A stretch of 64,000 nt of DNA, from NCBI GenBank assembly GCA_036561565.1, contig DATBPB010000066.1, positions 14,211-78,210 of the forward strand, given 5' to 3'. How positions within the stretch are numbered: position 1 is the first letter of the stretch; each line of letters opens with the position of its first letter. The notes under the pieces are model-generated. The model did not search any database. It saw only the letters and a program-made list of their open reading frames with translations, and was not told the DNA's origin. Source of the DNA: Solirubrobacteraceae bacterium. GTDB lineage: Bacteria; Actinomycetota; Thermoleophilia; Solirubrobacterales; Solirubrobacteraceae. This document shows positions 9,760-22,129 of the stretch, piece after piece. Both the position numbers and the translations under genes were made by a program.

Positions 9760-10658
9760 TGGGTGACGTCGCCGTGATCAAGCCGCCACCGGGACGCCAG
9801 GAGCTGCCGCGCTACGACAACGGCTGGATGCTCGAGGATGGCTCACGCGCTCCTTTTCTCTCATACGTCGACAACGACACCGCCGTCAACTGGTCCGACG
9901 ACCTGGAGGTGTTCCACGAAGAGAGCGGGCGTGAGCATTTCCTCGAGGTCTGGACCCGCGACGCGATCGTCGCGCGCGTCGGCCGGCTTCCCGCCGGGGC
10001 CACGATCGTCGACGTCGGCGCCTCGACCGGCTACCTGCTGACGGACCTGGCAGCCGCCTTCGCCGACGCGCACCTGATCGGAATCGATCTCGTGCCGTCG
10101 GGACTCGCCAAGGCACACGATGCGGTTCCTTCCGCTCGCCTTCTGCGCGCTGACGCGCGCACCATCCCACTGGCCTCGGGCAGCGTGGACGCCCTCGTGA
10201 GCGCGAACGTGCTCGAGCACATCGCCGATGACCAGGGAGCGTTGGCGGAGTTCGCACGCGTTCTCAAGCCAGGCGCGCCGGCGATCCTCGTCGTGCCCAG
10301 CGGAGCCGGCACCTACGACTACTACGACCGCTTCCTCGACCACGAGCGTCGTTATGGGCGCCACGAGTTGGCGCGAAAGGGTCAGGCGGCAGGGCTCGAG
10401 ATCGTCGAGGACACCTACCTGGCGGGGCTGATCTATCCGGCCTTCTGGATGGTCAAGCGCTACAACCGAATCCGCTACGACAAGCTCACCGGGCCCGAGC
10501 TCGCGAAGCGCGTCGCCGCCGACATAGATCGCACCGGCGAGTCCGTCCTCGCACCCCGACTGCGCCGAATCGAGGACAGCTTGCGTCGCGTCGGTGTCAG
10601 GCCGCCGTTCGGGATACGTTGCCTGGTGGTACTGCGAGCCCCGGCGTCCGTGCGATGA
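9759..10658 (+). CDS. Class I SAM-dependent methyltransferase
   Basis: In-frame ATG at 9759 shares 1 nt with the upstream stop (TGATG). Motif I is IVDVGASTGYLL. The post-I acidic residue is in GIDL. Motif II/III is VDALVSANVLEHIADD…LKPGAPAILVVP. Confidence 0.8.
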   Translation: MGDVAVIKPPPGRQELPRYDNGWMLEDGSRAPFLSYVDNDTAVNWSDDLEVFHEESGREHFLEVWTRDAIVARVGRLPAGATIVDVGASTGYLLTDLAAAFADAHLIGIDLVPSGLAKAHDAVPSARLLRADARTIPLASGSVDALVSANVLEHIADDQGALAEFARVLKPGAPAILVVPSGAGTYDYYDRFLDHERRYGRHELARKGQAAGLEIVEDTYLAGLIYPAFWMVKRYNRIRYDKLTGPELAKRVAADIDRTGESVLAPRLRRIEDSLRRVGVRPPFGIRCLVVLRAPASVR

Positions 10659-11647
10659 GCCAGCTGCTGAGCGTCGTCATCCCGGCCTACAACGAGGAGG
10701 ACAACGTCGTGCCGGTCTACGAGCGGCTCGCTCGTGTGCTCGACGCGGAGCGTGACCTCGACTGGGAGGTCATCTTCGCCGTCGATTCCGCGACCGACGC
10801 CACCGCAGACCTGATCCTTGAGCTCCGCCGGCGCGATCCCCGGGTCAAGATGCTGCGGCTGTCACGACGCTTTGGACAGCCGATGGCGACGCTCGCCGGG
10901 CTGTCGTTCGCCGGCGGTGACGCCACGGTCGTGATGGACTGCGACCTGCAGGACCCGCCGGAGCTGATCCCCCAACTCGTCGAACGCTGGCGCGAGGGCT
11001 ACGACGTCGTCTCCGCGCGAAGACGACGGCGCGCCGGCGAAACGATCCTCCGGCGTGTCATCGCGTGGGCCGGCTACCGCGTGATCGCGCGGATCTCCGA
11101 GGTCGAGATCCCGCCCGATACCGGTGATTTTCGACTCCTCAGCCGGCGCGTCGTTGACAACGTGCTCGCGCTGAAGGAGAGCCACGGGTTCCTGCGCGGA
11201 CTCGTGGGGCTGGTCGGCTTTCGCCAGACCAGCGTGGACTACGACCGCCCCCCGCGCGCGGCTGGCTCGACGAAGTACAGCCGGCTGTACGGATCGCTGC
11301 TGATCGGCCTGAACGGGGTCGTGGGGTTCTCGCGCTACCCCCTGCAGATGATCTCCCTGGGCGGCATCGCCTTCGCTCTGCTGGCGTTTGTGCTCGCGAT
11401 CGCCTACGCGATCCTCAAGCTCGCCGGCGTGGCCTTTCCGCTGGGCAACCCCACGATCGTGATCGTCGTCGCGTTCTTCAGCGGCATCCAAATGCTGTCG
11501 CTTGGCGTCATCGGCGAGTACGTCGGGCGGACCTACGACGAATCGCGCCAGCGTCCGAAGTTCATCATCGAGTCGACGCACGGGTTGGAGGCTCGCGAGC
11601 CGAGCCAGCACCAGCCCACGACCGAGGTCGGCGGAGCGCGGCCGTAA
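10655..11647 (+). CDS. GT2 polyprenyl-phosphate glycosyltransferase (ArnC/GtrB-like)
   Basis: ATG at 10655 overlaps the upstream stop (ATGA). Motifs: LSVVIPAYNEEDNV…AVDSATDAT…VMDCDLQDPPE…DTGDFRL. Two C-terminal TM helices (ISLGGIAFALLAFVLAIAY, IVIVVAFFSGIQMLSLGVIGEY). Confidence 0.85.
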   Translation: MSQLLSVVIPAYNEEDNVVPVYERLARVLDAERDLDWEVIFAVDSATDATADLILELRRRDPRVKMLRLSRRFGQPMATLAGLSFAGGDATVVMDCDLQDPPELIPQLVERWREGYDVVSARRRRRAGETILRRVIAWAGYRVIARISEVEIPPDTGDFRLLSRRVVDNVLALKESHGFLRGLVGLVGFRQTSVDYDRPPRAAGSTKYSRLYGSLLIGLNGVVGFSRYPLQMISLGGIAFALLAFVLAIAYAILKLAGVAFPLGNPTIVIVVAFFSGIQMLSLGVIGEYVGRTYDESRQRPKFIIESTHGLEAREPSQHQPTTEVGGARP

Positions 11648-11807
11648 ACCGAGCTCCGCGTCTCATCTCGCACCGGGTTCTCGAAGCTGTGACGACGCTG
11701 TCGCGCACGAACGCCCGGCCCACCCCCTCGACACCTCGGCGCCCTCGCCGGCCGCTAGGTCCCGGTCGCGCTCGAGAACCAACTTGCCTCCTCTAGGCTC
11801 TGCGCAC

Positions 11808-12602
11808 ATGGCGCTCAGTCCGCTCCGGCGTGCCTACCGCGGACTGCGTCTTCGCCTTCCCCAGCCTTGGTCGGTAGCGGTCGGCCGGATCGCGTATTTG
11901 CCGAAGCTCGCCGCCGGCGACGCCGCGACGCGCCGCGAGTTCACCGAGGAGCTGCTGATCGAGCGCCTCCTGGCGACCGGCGATGATCTCGAGCACGTGG
12001 GCGCCGGGCTCAGCGAGCGCGTCGTGGAGGTACCGTGGGCGATGCGCGCGCTCCCGGATGAGGCGACGGCGCGGATCCTCGACGCTGGCACGGCGTTCGC
12101 TCCGGTCGTCTACAAGCGGTTGCTGGTCCGCCTGCCGCAGGCCGTCGAGCTCGTCGACCTCGCCGACCCCGACCTGCCGATGTTGCGCAGTCATGTCGCG
12201 GACCTCCGTAGCCTCCCGTTTGAGTCCGGCAGCTTCGACGTCGCGATGTGTGTCTCAACGCTCGAGCATGTCGGTATGGACAACGAGCAGTACGGAGTCT
12301 CGGGCGGAGGCCGCGGCGACGTCGCCGCGCTCGCCGAGCTCGGCCGCGTGGCGCGGCGAGTGATCCTGACCGTCCCCGCCGGCGGGGACGCCGACCTGGG
12401 CTCGCACGTCCAATATGCGCCGTCCACTCTGCGCCGGCTCGTTTCAGAGGCCGGCCTGCGCGTGCTGCGCTTCGACGTGTTCGCCCACAACGCAAGGGAC
12501 GGCTGGACGCTCGCGCCCGAGGACGCGGTCGCAGCGTGCCATTACGGCGTGGGGTCGGTCGCCGCGGCGGCGGTCATCTGCGCGGAGCTCGCAGGCGACT
12601 GA
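11808..12602 (+). CDS. SAM-dependent methyltransferase-like protein
   Basis: In-frame ATG at 11808; the upstream part of the track ORF is Ser/Arg-rich and overlaps the preceding gene. Motifs: ILDAGTAFAP (degenerate motif I) and FDVAMCVSTLEHVG…RVILTVP. Confidence 0.6.
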   Translation: MALSPLRRAYRGLRLRLPQPWSVAVGRIAYLPKLAAGDAATRREFTEELLIERLLATGDDLEHVGAGLSERVVEVPWAMRALPDEATARILDAGTAFAPVVYKRLLVRLPQAVELVDLADPDLPMLRSHVADLRSLPFESGSFDVAMCVSTLEHVGMDNEQYGVSGGGRGDVAALAELGRVARRVILTVPAGGDADLGSHVQYAPSTLRRLVSEAGLRVLRFDVFAHNARDGWTLAPEDAVAACHYGVGSVAAAAVICAELAGD

Positions 12603-12605
12603 GCG

Positions 12606-13193
12606 GTGGGCTACTTCGACTGGCACGAGCAGCCGGGCTACTACCGCGACGTCACGCGTCATTTCGCGGCGGACGCCGCGCTGCTCGACGTCGGCTGTGG
12701 CACCGGATGGCTCGCCGACCACTTCCCCAACTACACCGGGATCGACGGCTCGGCCGACGCGGTCGCCGCCGCGAGCGCCCGCTCGCGCAACGTGGTTCAC
12801 GGCGACCTCGACTCGCCGCTGCCCTTTGCCGACTCCTCCTTCGACGCCGCGGTGCTCAAGGATGTCCTCGAGCACGTCTCGGACCCCGTCGCGCTGATCG
12901 AGGAGGTCCGGCGCGTGCTGCGGCCGGGCGCGACCGTGTTCGCCTCCTCACCCGACGCCCAGCGCTGGGTGTGGGACGACTACACGCACCGCCGCCCGTT
13001 CACGCGCAAGAGCATGCGGCTGCTGTTCGCCGATCGCGGCTTCGAGGTGCTCCGCGTCGGCTACGAGTCGGTCACGCCCGGTGTCGGCCTGATCGCGGGA
13101 CGGACCCGCCGCAAGCGCCGCCCGCGCGCTTTCGCGCTGCTCGCGCGTCTGCCGCTGCACCGACGCAACGTGTGGCTGCTCGCGCGCCGCTAA
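12606..13193 (+). CDS. Class I SAM-dependent methyltransferase
   Basis: 195 aa with a GTG start. Motifs: LLDVGCGTGWLA (motif I), GIDGS, and FDAAVLKDVLEHVSDP…LRPGATVFASSP. Confidence 0.8.
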   Translation: MGYFDWHEQPGYYRDVTRHFAADAALLDVGCGTGWLADHFPNYTGIDGSADAVAAASARSRNVVHGDLDSPLPFADSSFDAAVLKDVLEHVSDPVALIEEVRRVLRPGATVFASSPDAQRWVWDDYTHRRPFTRKSMRLLFADRGFEVLRVGYESVTPGVGLIAGRTRRKRRPRAFALLARLPLHRRNVWLLARR

Positions 13194-14284
13194 GCACGGC
13201 GCCCGAGCTGCTCGAGGACGTCGAGGACGTGGCGCGCGCTGGCGGTCCAGTCGAAGCGCGCCGCCTGCGCCGGCCCGGCCGCGGCGCTCCGTTCGCGCAG
13301 CTCGCGATCGCCGAGCAGCCCGCCGAGCGCGCGGGCGATGTCGCCGACGTCGTAGGGGTCCGCGTAGAGCGCCGCCGAGCCGCCGACCTCGGGCATGCTC
13401 GAAGCCGATGAGGTGAGCACCGCCGTTCCCGACGCAAGCGCCTCGAGGACGGGGAGACCGAACCCCTCATACAGCGAGAGGTAGCAGACCAGCTCGGCAT
13501 GCCGGTAGAGGCACGGCAGGTCGGCTTCGGCGACGAACCCGAGCATCCGAGCGAGCTCGCGGTGGGCGGCGACGGCGGCCGACGGATCCGAGTACCCCCA
13601 CCCGGCCGCTCCGGCGATCCCCAGCGTCCAGCCTTCGCGGATGCGCGGCTCGAGGCTCGCGAAGGCCTCGATAACGCGCGGGAGGTTCTTGCGCGGCTCG
13701 ACCGTCCCGGTGACCAGGACGTAGGGACGCCGCAGGCCATGGCGTTCGAGGATCGCTTCGTCATCTTCGCCGGGCTGTGGCGTGTAGGCCGCGGATGCGG
13801 CGGCGGTCGCCACGCTCGCGCGTCCCTCCGCCGACGGGAAGCGATCGATGAGCTCGCGCCGCGTGGTCTCCGAGATCGCGATCAGCGCCCCGCATCGTCG
13901 GAGCGCAAGCGGCAGCGTCACACGCTCGAGCAGCGCGCCCCGCGGCGGGCGCAGGCGCCGGTCGAAGGCGACGAAGTCGTAGACGATCGCAGCTCCCGGG
14001 ACTCGCCACGGCACCGTGACGGCGTAGCTCGTGCAGGCCAGCGCGACATCCGCGTGCCGCGACATCAGCCGTCCCGCAACCAGCGGCCAGCGCAAACCGG
14101 CGGCGCCGACGATCTCCCATGAGAAGCGCGAGTCGAGGTCTCCCTCGAGCCACGGGCGGCTCGTCACGAGGCGGTATTCGTGGTCGGCGTCCAGGCGGCC
14201 GAGGCCGAGCAGCAGCTCTCGGACGTAGCGACCGCGCCCGGCGGGAACCTCGGCGGCGGCACGGGCATCGATCGCGATCCTCAC
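13190..14284 (-). CDS. Glycosyltransferase family 4
   Basis: 364 aa. Motifs: MRIAIDARAA…GRGRYVRELL, PRKNLPRVI, and YEGFGLPVLEALASGTAVLTSSASSMPEVGG. Confidence 0.85.
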   Translation of the reverse strand: MRIAIDARAAAEVPAGRGRYVRELLLGLGRLDADHEYRLVTSRPWLEGDLDSRFSWEIVGAAGLRWPLVAGRLMSRHADVALACTSYAVTVPWRVPGAAIVYDFVAFDRRLRPPRGALLERVTLPLALRRCGALIAISETTRRELIDRFPSAEGRASVATAAASAAYTPQPGEDDEAILERHGLRRPYVLVTGTVEPRKNLPRVIEAFASLEPRIREGWTLGIAGAAGWGYSDPSAAVAAHRELARMLGFVAEADLPCLYRHAELVCYLSLYEGFGLPVLEALASGTAVLTSSASSMPEVGGSAALYADPYDVGDIARALGGLLGDRELRERSAAAGPAQAARFDWTASARHVLDVLEQLGRRA

Positions 14285-14331
14285 CTCGGCGCCAGCCTAT
14301 TCCACGCCGCCGGCCCGGATATCGTCCGTCC

Positions 14332-15483
14332 GTGGCGGTGCGGGTCGTGATCCTCCGGGGACACCAGGCAAACCCCTGGGAGCTCGCCCCGTGGACCGAG
14401 CCGCCCGTGCGCGAGCGCTTCGACGTCAGCTACCTGCGCACTCGCCGGCAGTGGTTCGACACCTCGAAGCTCGACCTCGAGAGCAGGCTGACGCTGACGC
14501 TGCGCGACCTGTTGCCCCCCGGTCGGCTCGGCGATCTCGCGGTGCGCGTCCCCGGCGACCGTTACCTCGGCCTCGCCTCCGCGCTGCGCGGAGCGGACAT
14601 CGTCCATGCCCAGGAGCTCGGCTACTGGTACAGCATGCAGGCGGCGCGGTTGAAGAGCCGCCTTGGCTTCCGCCTCGTGCTGACCGTCTGGGAGACGATC
14701 CCGTTCATCGATGCCTACCGCAACGCGCGAACGCGCGCCTACCGCCGGCGCACGCTCGAGGCCACCGATCTGTTCCTCGCGAGCACGGAGCGCGCGCGCG
14801 CCGCGCTGCTGCTCGAGGGCGCGCCCGCCGAGCGGATCCGCGTCAGCCCACCGGGTGTGGCGCTCGACCGTTTTCAAGCGGCGGCGCGATCTCCGGATAC
14901 CCGCCCGGGCGTGATCGTCTCGCCCGGAAGACTGGTCTGGGAGAAGGGCCACCAGGACGTGCTCCGCGCGGTCGCGCTGCTGCGTCGCGAGCGCCCCGAA
15001 CTGGCGCAGCCACGCGTCGTCATCGTCGGTCGCGGGCCGGAGGAGGCGCGCCTTCGCGCCTACGCCGCCGAGCTCGGCATCGGCGACGCCGTCGAGCTGC
15101 GCGGGTTCGTTCCCTACGAGGAGATGCCGTCGCTCTACGCCGGCGCGGCATGCATCGTGTTGGCGAGCCTTTCCGTGTGGTCTTGGGAGGAGCAGTTCGG
15201 CATGGTCCTCGCCGAGGCGATGGCGACGGGGACGCCGATCATCGCGAGCTCCTCTGGGGCGATTCCGGAGGTCGCCGGAGGCGCGGCGACGCTGTTTGCC
15301 CCCGGCGACTGGATCTCGCTCGCCGGGCACATCGCCCGCGCGCTCGACTCGACGGACTCAAACCCCAACACCGCGGCGTGCGAGCTCGCCGCGGTGTACT
15401 CGACGCGCGCCGCAGCGCGGCGCCTCAGCGACGCCTACGACGGTCTGCTCAACCGGTCGGCCTGGCCTATGATCAGCACGTGA
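14332..15483 (+). CDS. Glycosyltransferase family 4
   Basis: In-frame GTG at 14332 (VAVRVVILRGHQ…); the upstream part of the track ORF is Arg/Gly-rich and antisense to the previous gene. Motifs: WEKGHQDVL and EEQFGMVLAEAMATGTPIIASSSGAIPEVAG. Confidence 0.8.
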   Translation: MAVRVVILRGHQANPWELAPWTEPPVRERFDVSYLRTRRQWFDTSKLDLESRLTLTLRDLLPPGRLGDLAVRVPGDRYLGLASALRGADIVHAQELGYWYSMQAARLKSRLGFRLVLTVWETIPFIDAYRNARTRAYRRRTLEATDLFLASTERARAALLLEGAPAERIRVSPPGVALDRFQAAARSPDTRPGVIVSPGRLVWEKGHQDVLRAVALLRRERPELAQPRVVIVGRGPEEARLRAYAAELGIGDAVELRGFVPYEEMPSLYAGAACIVLASLSVWSWEEQFGMVLAEAMATGTPIIASSSGAIPEVAGGAATLFAPGDWISLAGHIARALDSTDSNPNTAACELAAVYSTRAAARRLSDAYDGLLNRSAWPMIST

Positions 15484-15521
15484 TCGCTCCGACCGCGCCC
15501 GCGCCACCCGCGCGCTAGGCG

Positions 15522-16514
15522 ATGCGCGAGCTGTTCGGCCCCGTTCTCGACGCGCGCGGCCTCCAGGCGATCGCCGCTCTGCTCGACCGCCCGATCTGTG
15601 CCGTCGACGTCGGCTGCCGCGACGGCGTGCGCACACAGTGGCGGGCACTCGGGAGCCACGGCGTGCTGGTCGGATTCGAGGCCGACCCGCAGGAGTGCGC
15701 CAGGCTCAACGCGGCGACTGCCCGGTTCGCGGGCGAGCGCTACGAGCCGCTCGCGCTCGGAGCGCACGACGGGCCGGCAACGCTGTACCTGACCGCCGAC
15801 CCGCAGTCGGCGTCCCTCTATCCGCCCAACGCCGACGCGATCCGCCGCCACCCCGAGCTGTGGCGCCACGAGCCGCGCGGAACGACGACGCTCGAGACGA
15901 CGACGCTCGACCGCTGGGCGGCCGACCGCCCGATCGACATCCTCAAGGTCGACGTCCAAGGCGCCGAGCTCGATGTCCTGCGCGGCGGCGAGAGCACGCT
16001 CGCCTGGACGCGCGCCCTCGAGCTGGAAGTCGAGTTCCAGCCGCTGTACGTCGGCCAGCCGCTGTTCGGAGAAGTCGACAGCTTCCTGCGCGAGCACGGC
16101 TTCGTCCTGTGGCGGCTGCGCGACGTCGCGCACTGCGGCCTGACCCGCGTCCATCGCGACGAGTCGGCGTTCGTCGTCGGCGCGGCGGCCGAGACGACAC
16201 GAACCGGCGGCCGCGTCAGCTGGGCGAACGCGGTCTATGTGCGGGCGGAGGCAGCCGACCCGGACGTCCGCCTGGACTGGATGGTGAGTGCTCGCGACGC
16301 GTGCGCGGCGGTGTTGTTCGACCTGCCGGAGCTGGTCGTCCTCAATCTCGAGCGCGCCGCGGCGGCGGCGGAGGGCGGCGCGCGGCGGACGCTGCGGCGG
16401 CAGCTTCGCAAGGCGCGGGCCCGCGCGAACCGGCGGCGCGTGCACGGCCTCGTTCGCGACGCGCCGCGCCACGCGCAGGGCTTCGCCCAGGCGAGACTGA
16501 AGCGCGGCCGCTGA
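15522..16514 (+). CDS. FkbM-family methyltransferase
   Basis: 330 aa. Motifs: VDVGCRDG…GFEADP…ATLYLT…IDILKVDVQGAELDVLRGG…LELEVEF, the FkbM signature layout. Confidence 0.8.
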   Translation: MRELFGPVLDARGLQAIAALLDRPICAVDVGCRDGVRTQWRALGSHGVLVGFEADPQECARLNAATARFAGERYEPLALGAHDGPATLYLTADPQSASLYPPNADAIRRHPELWRHEPRGTTTLETTTLDRWAADRPIDILKVDVQGAELDVLRGGESTLAWTRALELEVEFQPLYVGQPLFGEVDSFLREHGFVLWRLRDVAHCGLTRVHRDESAFVVGAAAETTRTGGRVSWANAVYVRAEAADPDVRLDWMVSARDACAAVLFDLPELVVLNLERAAAAAEGGARRTLRRQLRKARARANRRRVHGLVRDAPRHAQGFAQARLKRGR

Positions 16515-16517
16515 GAG

Positions 16518-17726
16518 TCAGCGGGCGCGCTCGGCGATGATTCGCTGGTAGACGCGCAGGTGGCGCTCGGCGACGGCCTCGGGGGTGAGCTGTTCGCGCC
16601 AGTAGGCGTGGCCCGCCGCGCCGCGCCGCTCAGCCTCCCGCGGGTCGCCCAGCAGAGAGCACACGGCGTCGGCGAACGACGTCGACGTCGCATCCGCGAC
16701 GAGGCCGCCGCCCGAGTCATCGACGAGCTCCCGAAGGACCGGGATGTCGGCGACGATGACCGGCATCGCCTGGCTCCAGGCCTCCGCGACAACGAGGCCG
16801 AAGGACTCGCTGAAGGACGGCAGGCAGAGCATGCGAGCGCGCGCGAGCCAGCGTGCCTTGTCGGCATCTGAAACGCGGCCGACGTCGTGGACGCGCTCGT
16901 CGCGGATCGGGATCGCCTCGCCCGGACCGACGAAAGCGAAGCGCGCGCGGGGGTGACGCTCCCAGACGAGCGGGATCGCTCCGAAGAGCACCTCGAGGCG
17001 CTTGTTGGGTCGCCGCTGGCCGACGAAGACGACCAGCGGATCCTCGGCCGCGGCCCGCCGCGCAAGCGCCGCACGCTCACCGTTCCGGAGCATGCCCGCG
17101 GCGTCGGGAACCGGCAGCCCGACCACCTCGAGCCGCTTCTCACAGACACCGGCGTCCCGGTACAGCGCCGCGTCGGCGCGCGTGGTCGCGAGCACCGCGT
17201 CGGCGTTGCGGTAGGCCCGCACCGACCCCGCGTCCAGCCCCCACTCCCCGGGGTGCGCGAACGGCGACACTACCGCGGCCATCCCGCTGCGCTGAGCGGT
17301 CTCAACCGCCGCCACGGCGAGCACCTCGGCACCGAGCATGTGCACGACGTCCGATCCGGCCAGCAGCGGCGCCAGCACGTCACGCACGACGCGCACGTAA
17401 TAGCCGGCGGTGTGCCTGCGCAGCCAGAGCCGGGAAACCCGCCCGCCGAGCGGGATCAGCTCGAGAGAAAACGGCAGCAGCAGCGCGCGGCGCCTGCGTG
17501 ACGGGCGGAACTGGACGACCGACACCCCGTCGTGGTCGAACGGTGCGAAGACGAGCCGCTCGCGGATGATGTGCGTCATCCGGTGAAACGGCGTCTCATC
17601 GACGCTCTGGGCGACGACCGTCACGTCGTGCCCCCGGCGGCGAAACTCCTGAGCGAGATTGATCGTCACGCGCTCCACCCCGCCGACCGACGGCCAGTAC
17701 TGGCGCGTGACCAGAGCGATCCTCAT
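16518..17726 (-). CDS. Glycosyltransferase family 4
   Basis: 402 aa. Motifs: MRIALVTRQYWPSVGGVERV, PNKRLEVL, and SESFGLVVAEAWSQAMPVIVADIPVLRELV. Confidence 0.85.
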   Translation of the reverse strand: MRIALVTRQYWPSVGGVERVTINLAQEFRRRGHDVTVVAQSVDETPFHRMTHIIRERLVFAPFDHDGVSVVQFRPSRRRRALLLPFSLELIPLGGRVSRLWLRRHTAGYYVRVVRDVLAPLLAGSDVVHMLGAEVLAVAAVETAQRSGMAAVVSPFAHPGEWGLDAGSVRAYRNADAVLATTRADAALYRDAGVCEKRLEVVGLPVPDAAGMLRNGERAALARRAAAEDPLVVFVGQRRPNKRLEVLFGAIPLVWERHPRARFAFVGPGEAIPIRDERVHDVGRVSDADKARWLARARMLCLPSFSESFGLVVAEAWSQAMPVIVADIPVLRELVDDSGGGLVADATSTSFADAVCSLLGDPREAERRGAAGHAYWREQLTPEAVAERHLRVYQRIIAERAR

Positions 17727-17781
17727 CGGCCGCGGCGACCCTCAGAACATGTCCGCTCGGCGGCCAAGGCGCGCCAGCGTA

Positions 17782-18717
17782 CTACCGGCTCCGCCTGCGC
17801 CGAAGCCCTGAAAGCGCCGCGACAGCGCGCTGACGCAGCCCAGGCTCGAAGAAGGCGCGGTAGTCGCGGAGCACGCCGGGCTCCTCGGCGGCGGGGGGGA
17901 ATCGCATCGAACCCAGATCGGCTGGGCGCCGCTCGGTCTCCCACTCGAGCCGCCAGCCGGGAGCTCGCCTGCTCCCGTGCGTGCCCTCGACGATGCCGCT
18001 GTTCTCGACCATGTTCCACGCCGGCGTGACGAACCACTGGTCGCGAAGCAGCATGTTCGCCGCGCAGGCGACGTCCCAGGAGCCACCCAGCGACTCGCGG
18101 ACGATCGCGTTCTCGATCAGCCACGGCATGTCGGCGCCCGCGCGCGCGGCTTGGAGCTCGGCTCCCCGCTCGGCTAGGGCGTTGCGCAGCGCGACGCCGT
18201 CGAAGGAAAAACTCGCCCAGCGATCCCGCCAGCTCGCCCAGCCCCACGAGGAGAAGCGCGGGCTCATGAAGACGTCGTAGGGGTAGCGTTCGAGCGCGTC
18301 GCGCGCGAACGGGTAGCGCAGCCCGGTGACCCCCGCCACCCGCGGCTCGTCGCGGTAGGCGTCCAGAGCCGCCTGCGCGTAGCGGCAGAACTCGGGGGCG
18401 ACGCAGACATCGTCCTCGATCACCATCACCGACTCGTGCGCGGCGAAGACCGAGTCGAGGCCGTCGCGGATCGACGCGCTCAGGCCGAGGTTGCGCGGTC
18501 GCTCGACGACGATGGTGTCGGTCCAGTCGATCGCCGCGACTAGCGCGCGGACGGCGGCGACATCGTCCTGCGCCTCCGGGCCGGCGGCCGCGTCGCTGAA
18601 CACGTAGAGGCGACCGGCACCGCTTGCGCGCAGGCAGTCAAGCGTGCGGTGGAGCGGTGCGCACCGACGATAGACGAACAGCGCGACCGGCACTTCAATC
18701 GCCGATGGATCGATCAC
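17782..18717 (-). CDS. Putative GT-A-fold glycosyltransferase (family unassigned)
   Basis: 311 aa. N-terminus is VPVALFVYRR…LYVFSDAA. An acidic VMVIEDDV motif (DxD-like) follows. Context is between glycosyltransferase and FkbM genes. The family assignment comes from pattern memory only. Confidence 0.55.
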   Translation of the reverse strand: MIDPSAIEVPVALFVYRRCAPLHRTLDCLRASGAGRLYVFSDAAAGPEAQDDVAAVRALVAAIDWTDTIVVERPRNLGLSASIRDGLDSVFAAHESVMVIEDDVCVAPEFCRYAQAALDAYRDEPRVAGVTGLRYPFARDALERYPYDVFMSPRFSSWGWASWRDRWASFSFDGVALRNALAERGAELQAARAGADMPWLIENAIVRESLGGSWDVACAANMLLRDQWFVTPAWNMVENSGIVEGTHGSRRAPGWRLEWETERRPADLGSMRFPPAAEEPGVLRDYRAFFEPGLRQRAVAALSGLRRRRSR

Positions 18718-18838
18718 GGTTGCTCCAACGGGGGCGGCGACGGCGCGATGGCCGCCAGATTAGCCGCCGCCGCGGGCGCCACCGGGAGGTCCGGTTCGCA
18801 GCCGCTACCCTACGCCGCGTGCAGCTCTGCCTGTCGCG

Positions 18839-19573
18839 ATGGCCGATCTCCCGCTGAGCACCCGCCTGCGGCGCCTCGCGGGCGGGGTGTTCGACAGGAT
18901 CCGTCCGCCGCGACCGGGCGAAGCGGTCGTCTCCTTCTCGGCCCGCGACGCCAAGGGCGTCCCGCTCGACCTGCGCCTCGCGCATTTCCTCGATCGACGC
19001 GGCGGGTTCTTCATCGAGGCCGGCGCCAACGACGGCCTGTTCCAGAGCAACACAGCGCTCCTCGAGCGCTCACTCGATTGGGAGGGGATCCTCATCGAGC
19101 CAGCGCCGTCGTCGTGCGTGCGTTGTCGTGCTAACCGCCGCGCGCTCGTACACAACTGCGGGTTGGTCTCGTTCGACTACGAGGGCGACACCGTGACTGG
19201 AGACTTCGACGGGTACCCGATGGGCAGCGTCGGCGGCACGCGGCTCGACCGCGGTGGCTCGGTCACGGTGCCGGCGCGCACGCTCCAGTCGCTGCTGGAT
19301 GAGCACGGAGTCTCTCACGTCGACTTCCTGTCGCTTGACGCGGAAGGCTACGAGCTCGAGATCCTGCGCGGCTGCGACTTCGAGCGGACGAAGTTCGATT
19401 ACATCCTCAGCGAGCTCGGTCCCGACAACTTCGACGCGACGCTCGCACTCCTCGACGCCCACGGCTACGAGCACATCGCCAACTACTCCGGATACAACGA
19501 ACGCGACAACCCGGAATGGGACGGACGTCACAACGACCACCTGTTCCAGCGCCGCGCGCTCACGCGGGCCTGA
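18839..19573 (+). CDS. FkbM-family methyltransferase
   Basis: 244 aa. Motifs: FFIEAGANDG…GILIEPAP…VDFLSLDAEGYELEILRG. Confidence 0.8.
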   Translation: MADLPLSTRLRRLAGGVFDRIRPPRPGEAVVSFSARDAKGVPLDLRLAHFLDRRGGFFIEAGANDGLFQSNTALLERSLDWEGILIEPAPSSCVRCRANRRALVHNCGLVSFDYEGDTVTGDFDGYPMGSVGGTRLDRGGSVTVPARTLQSLLDEHGVSHVDFLSLDAEGYELEILRGCDFERTKFDYILSELGPDNFDATLALLDAHGYEHIANYSGYNERDNPEWDGRHNDHLFQRRALTRA

Positions 19574-19578
19574 GCCCG

Positions 19579-22122
<2,544 letters not shown>

Positions 22123-22129
22123 GCCGCTG

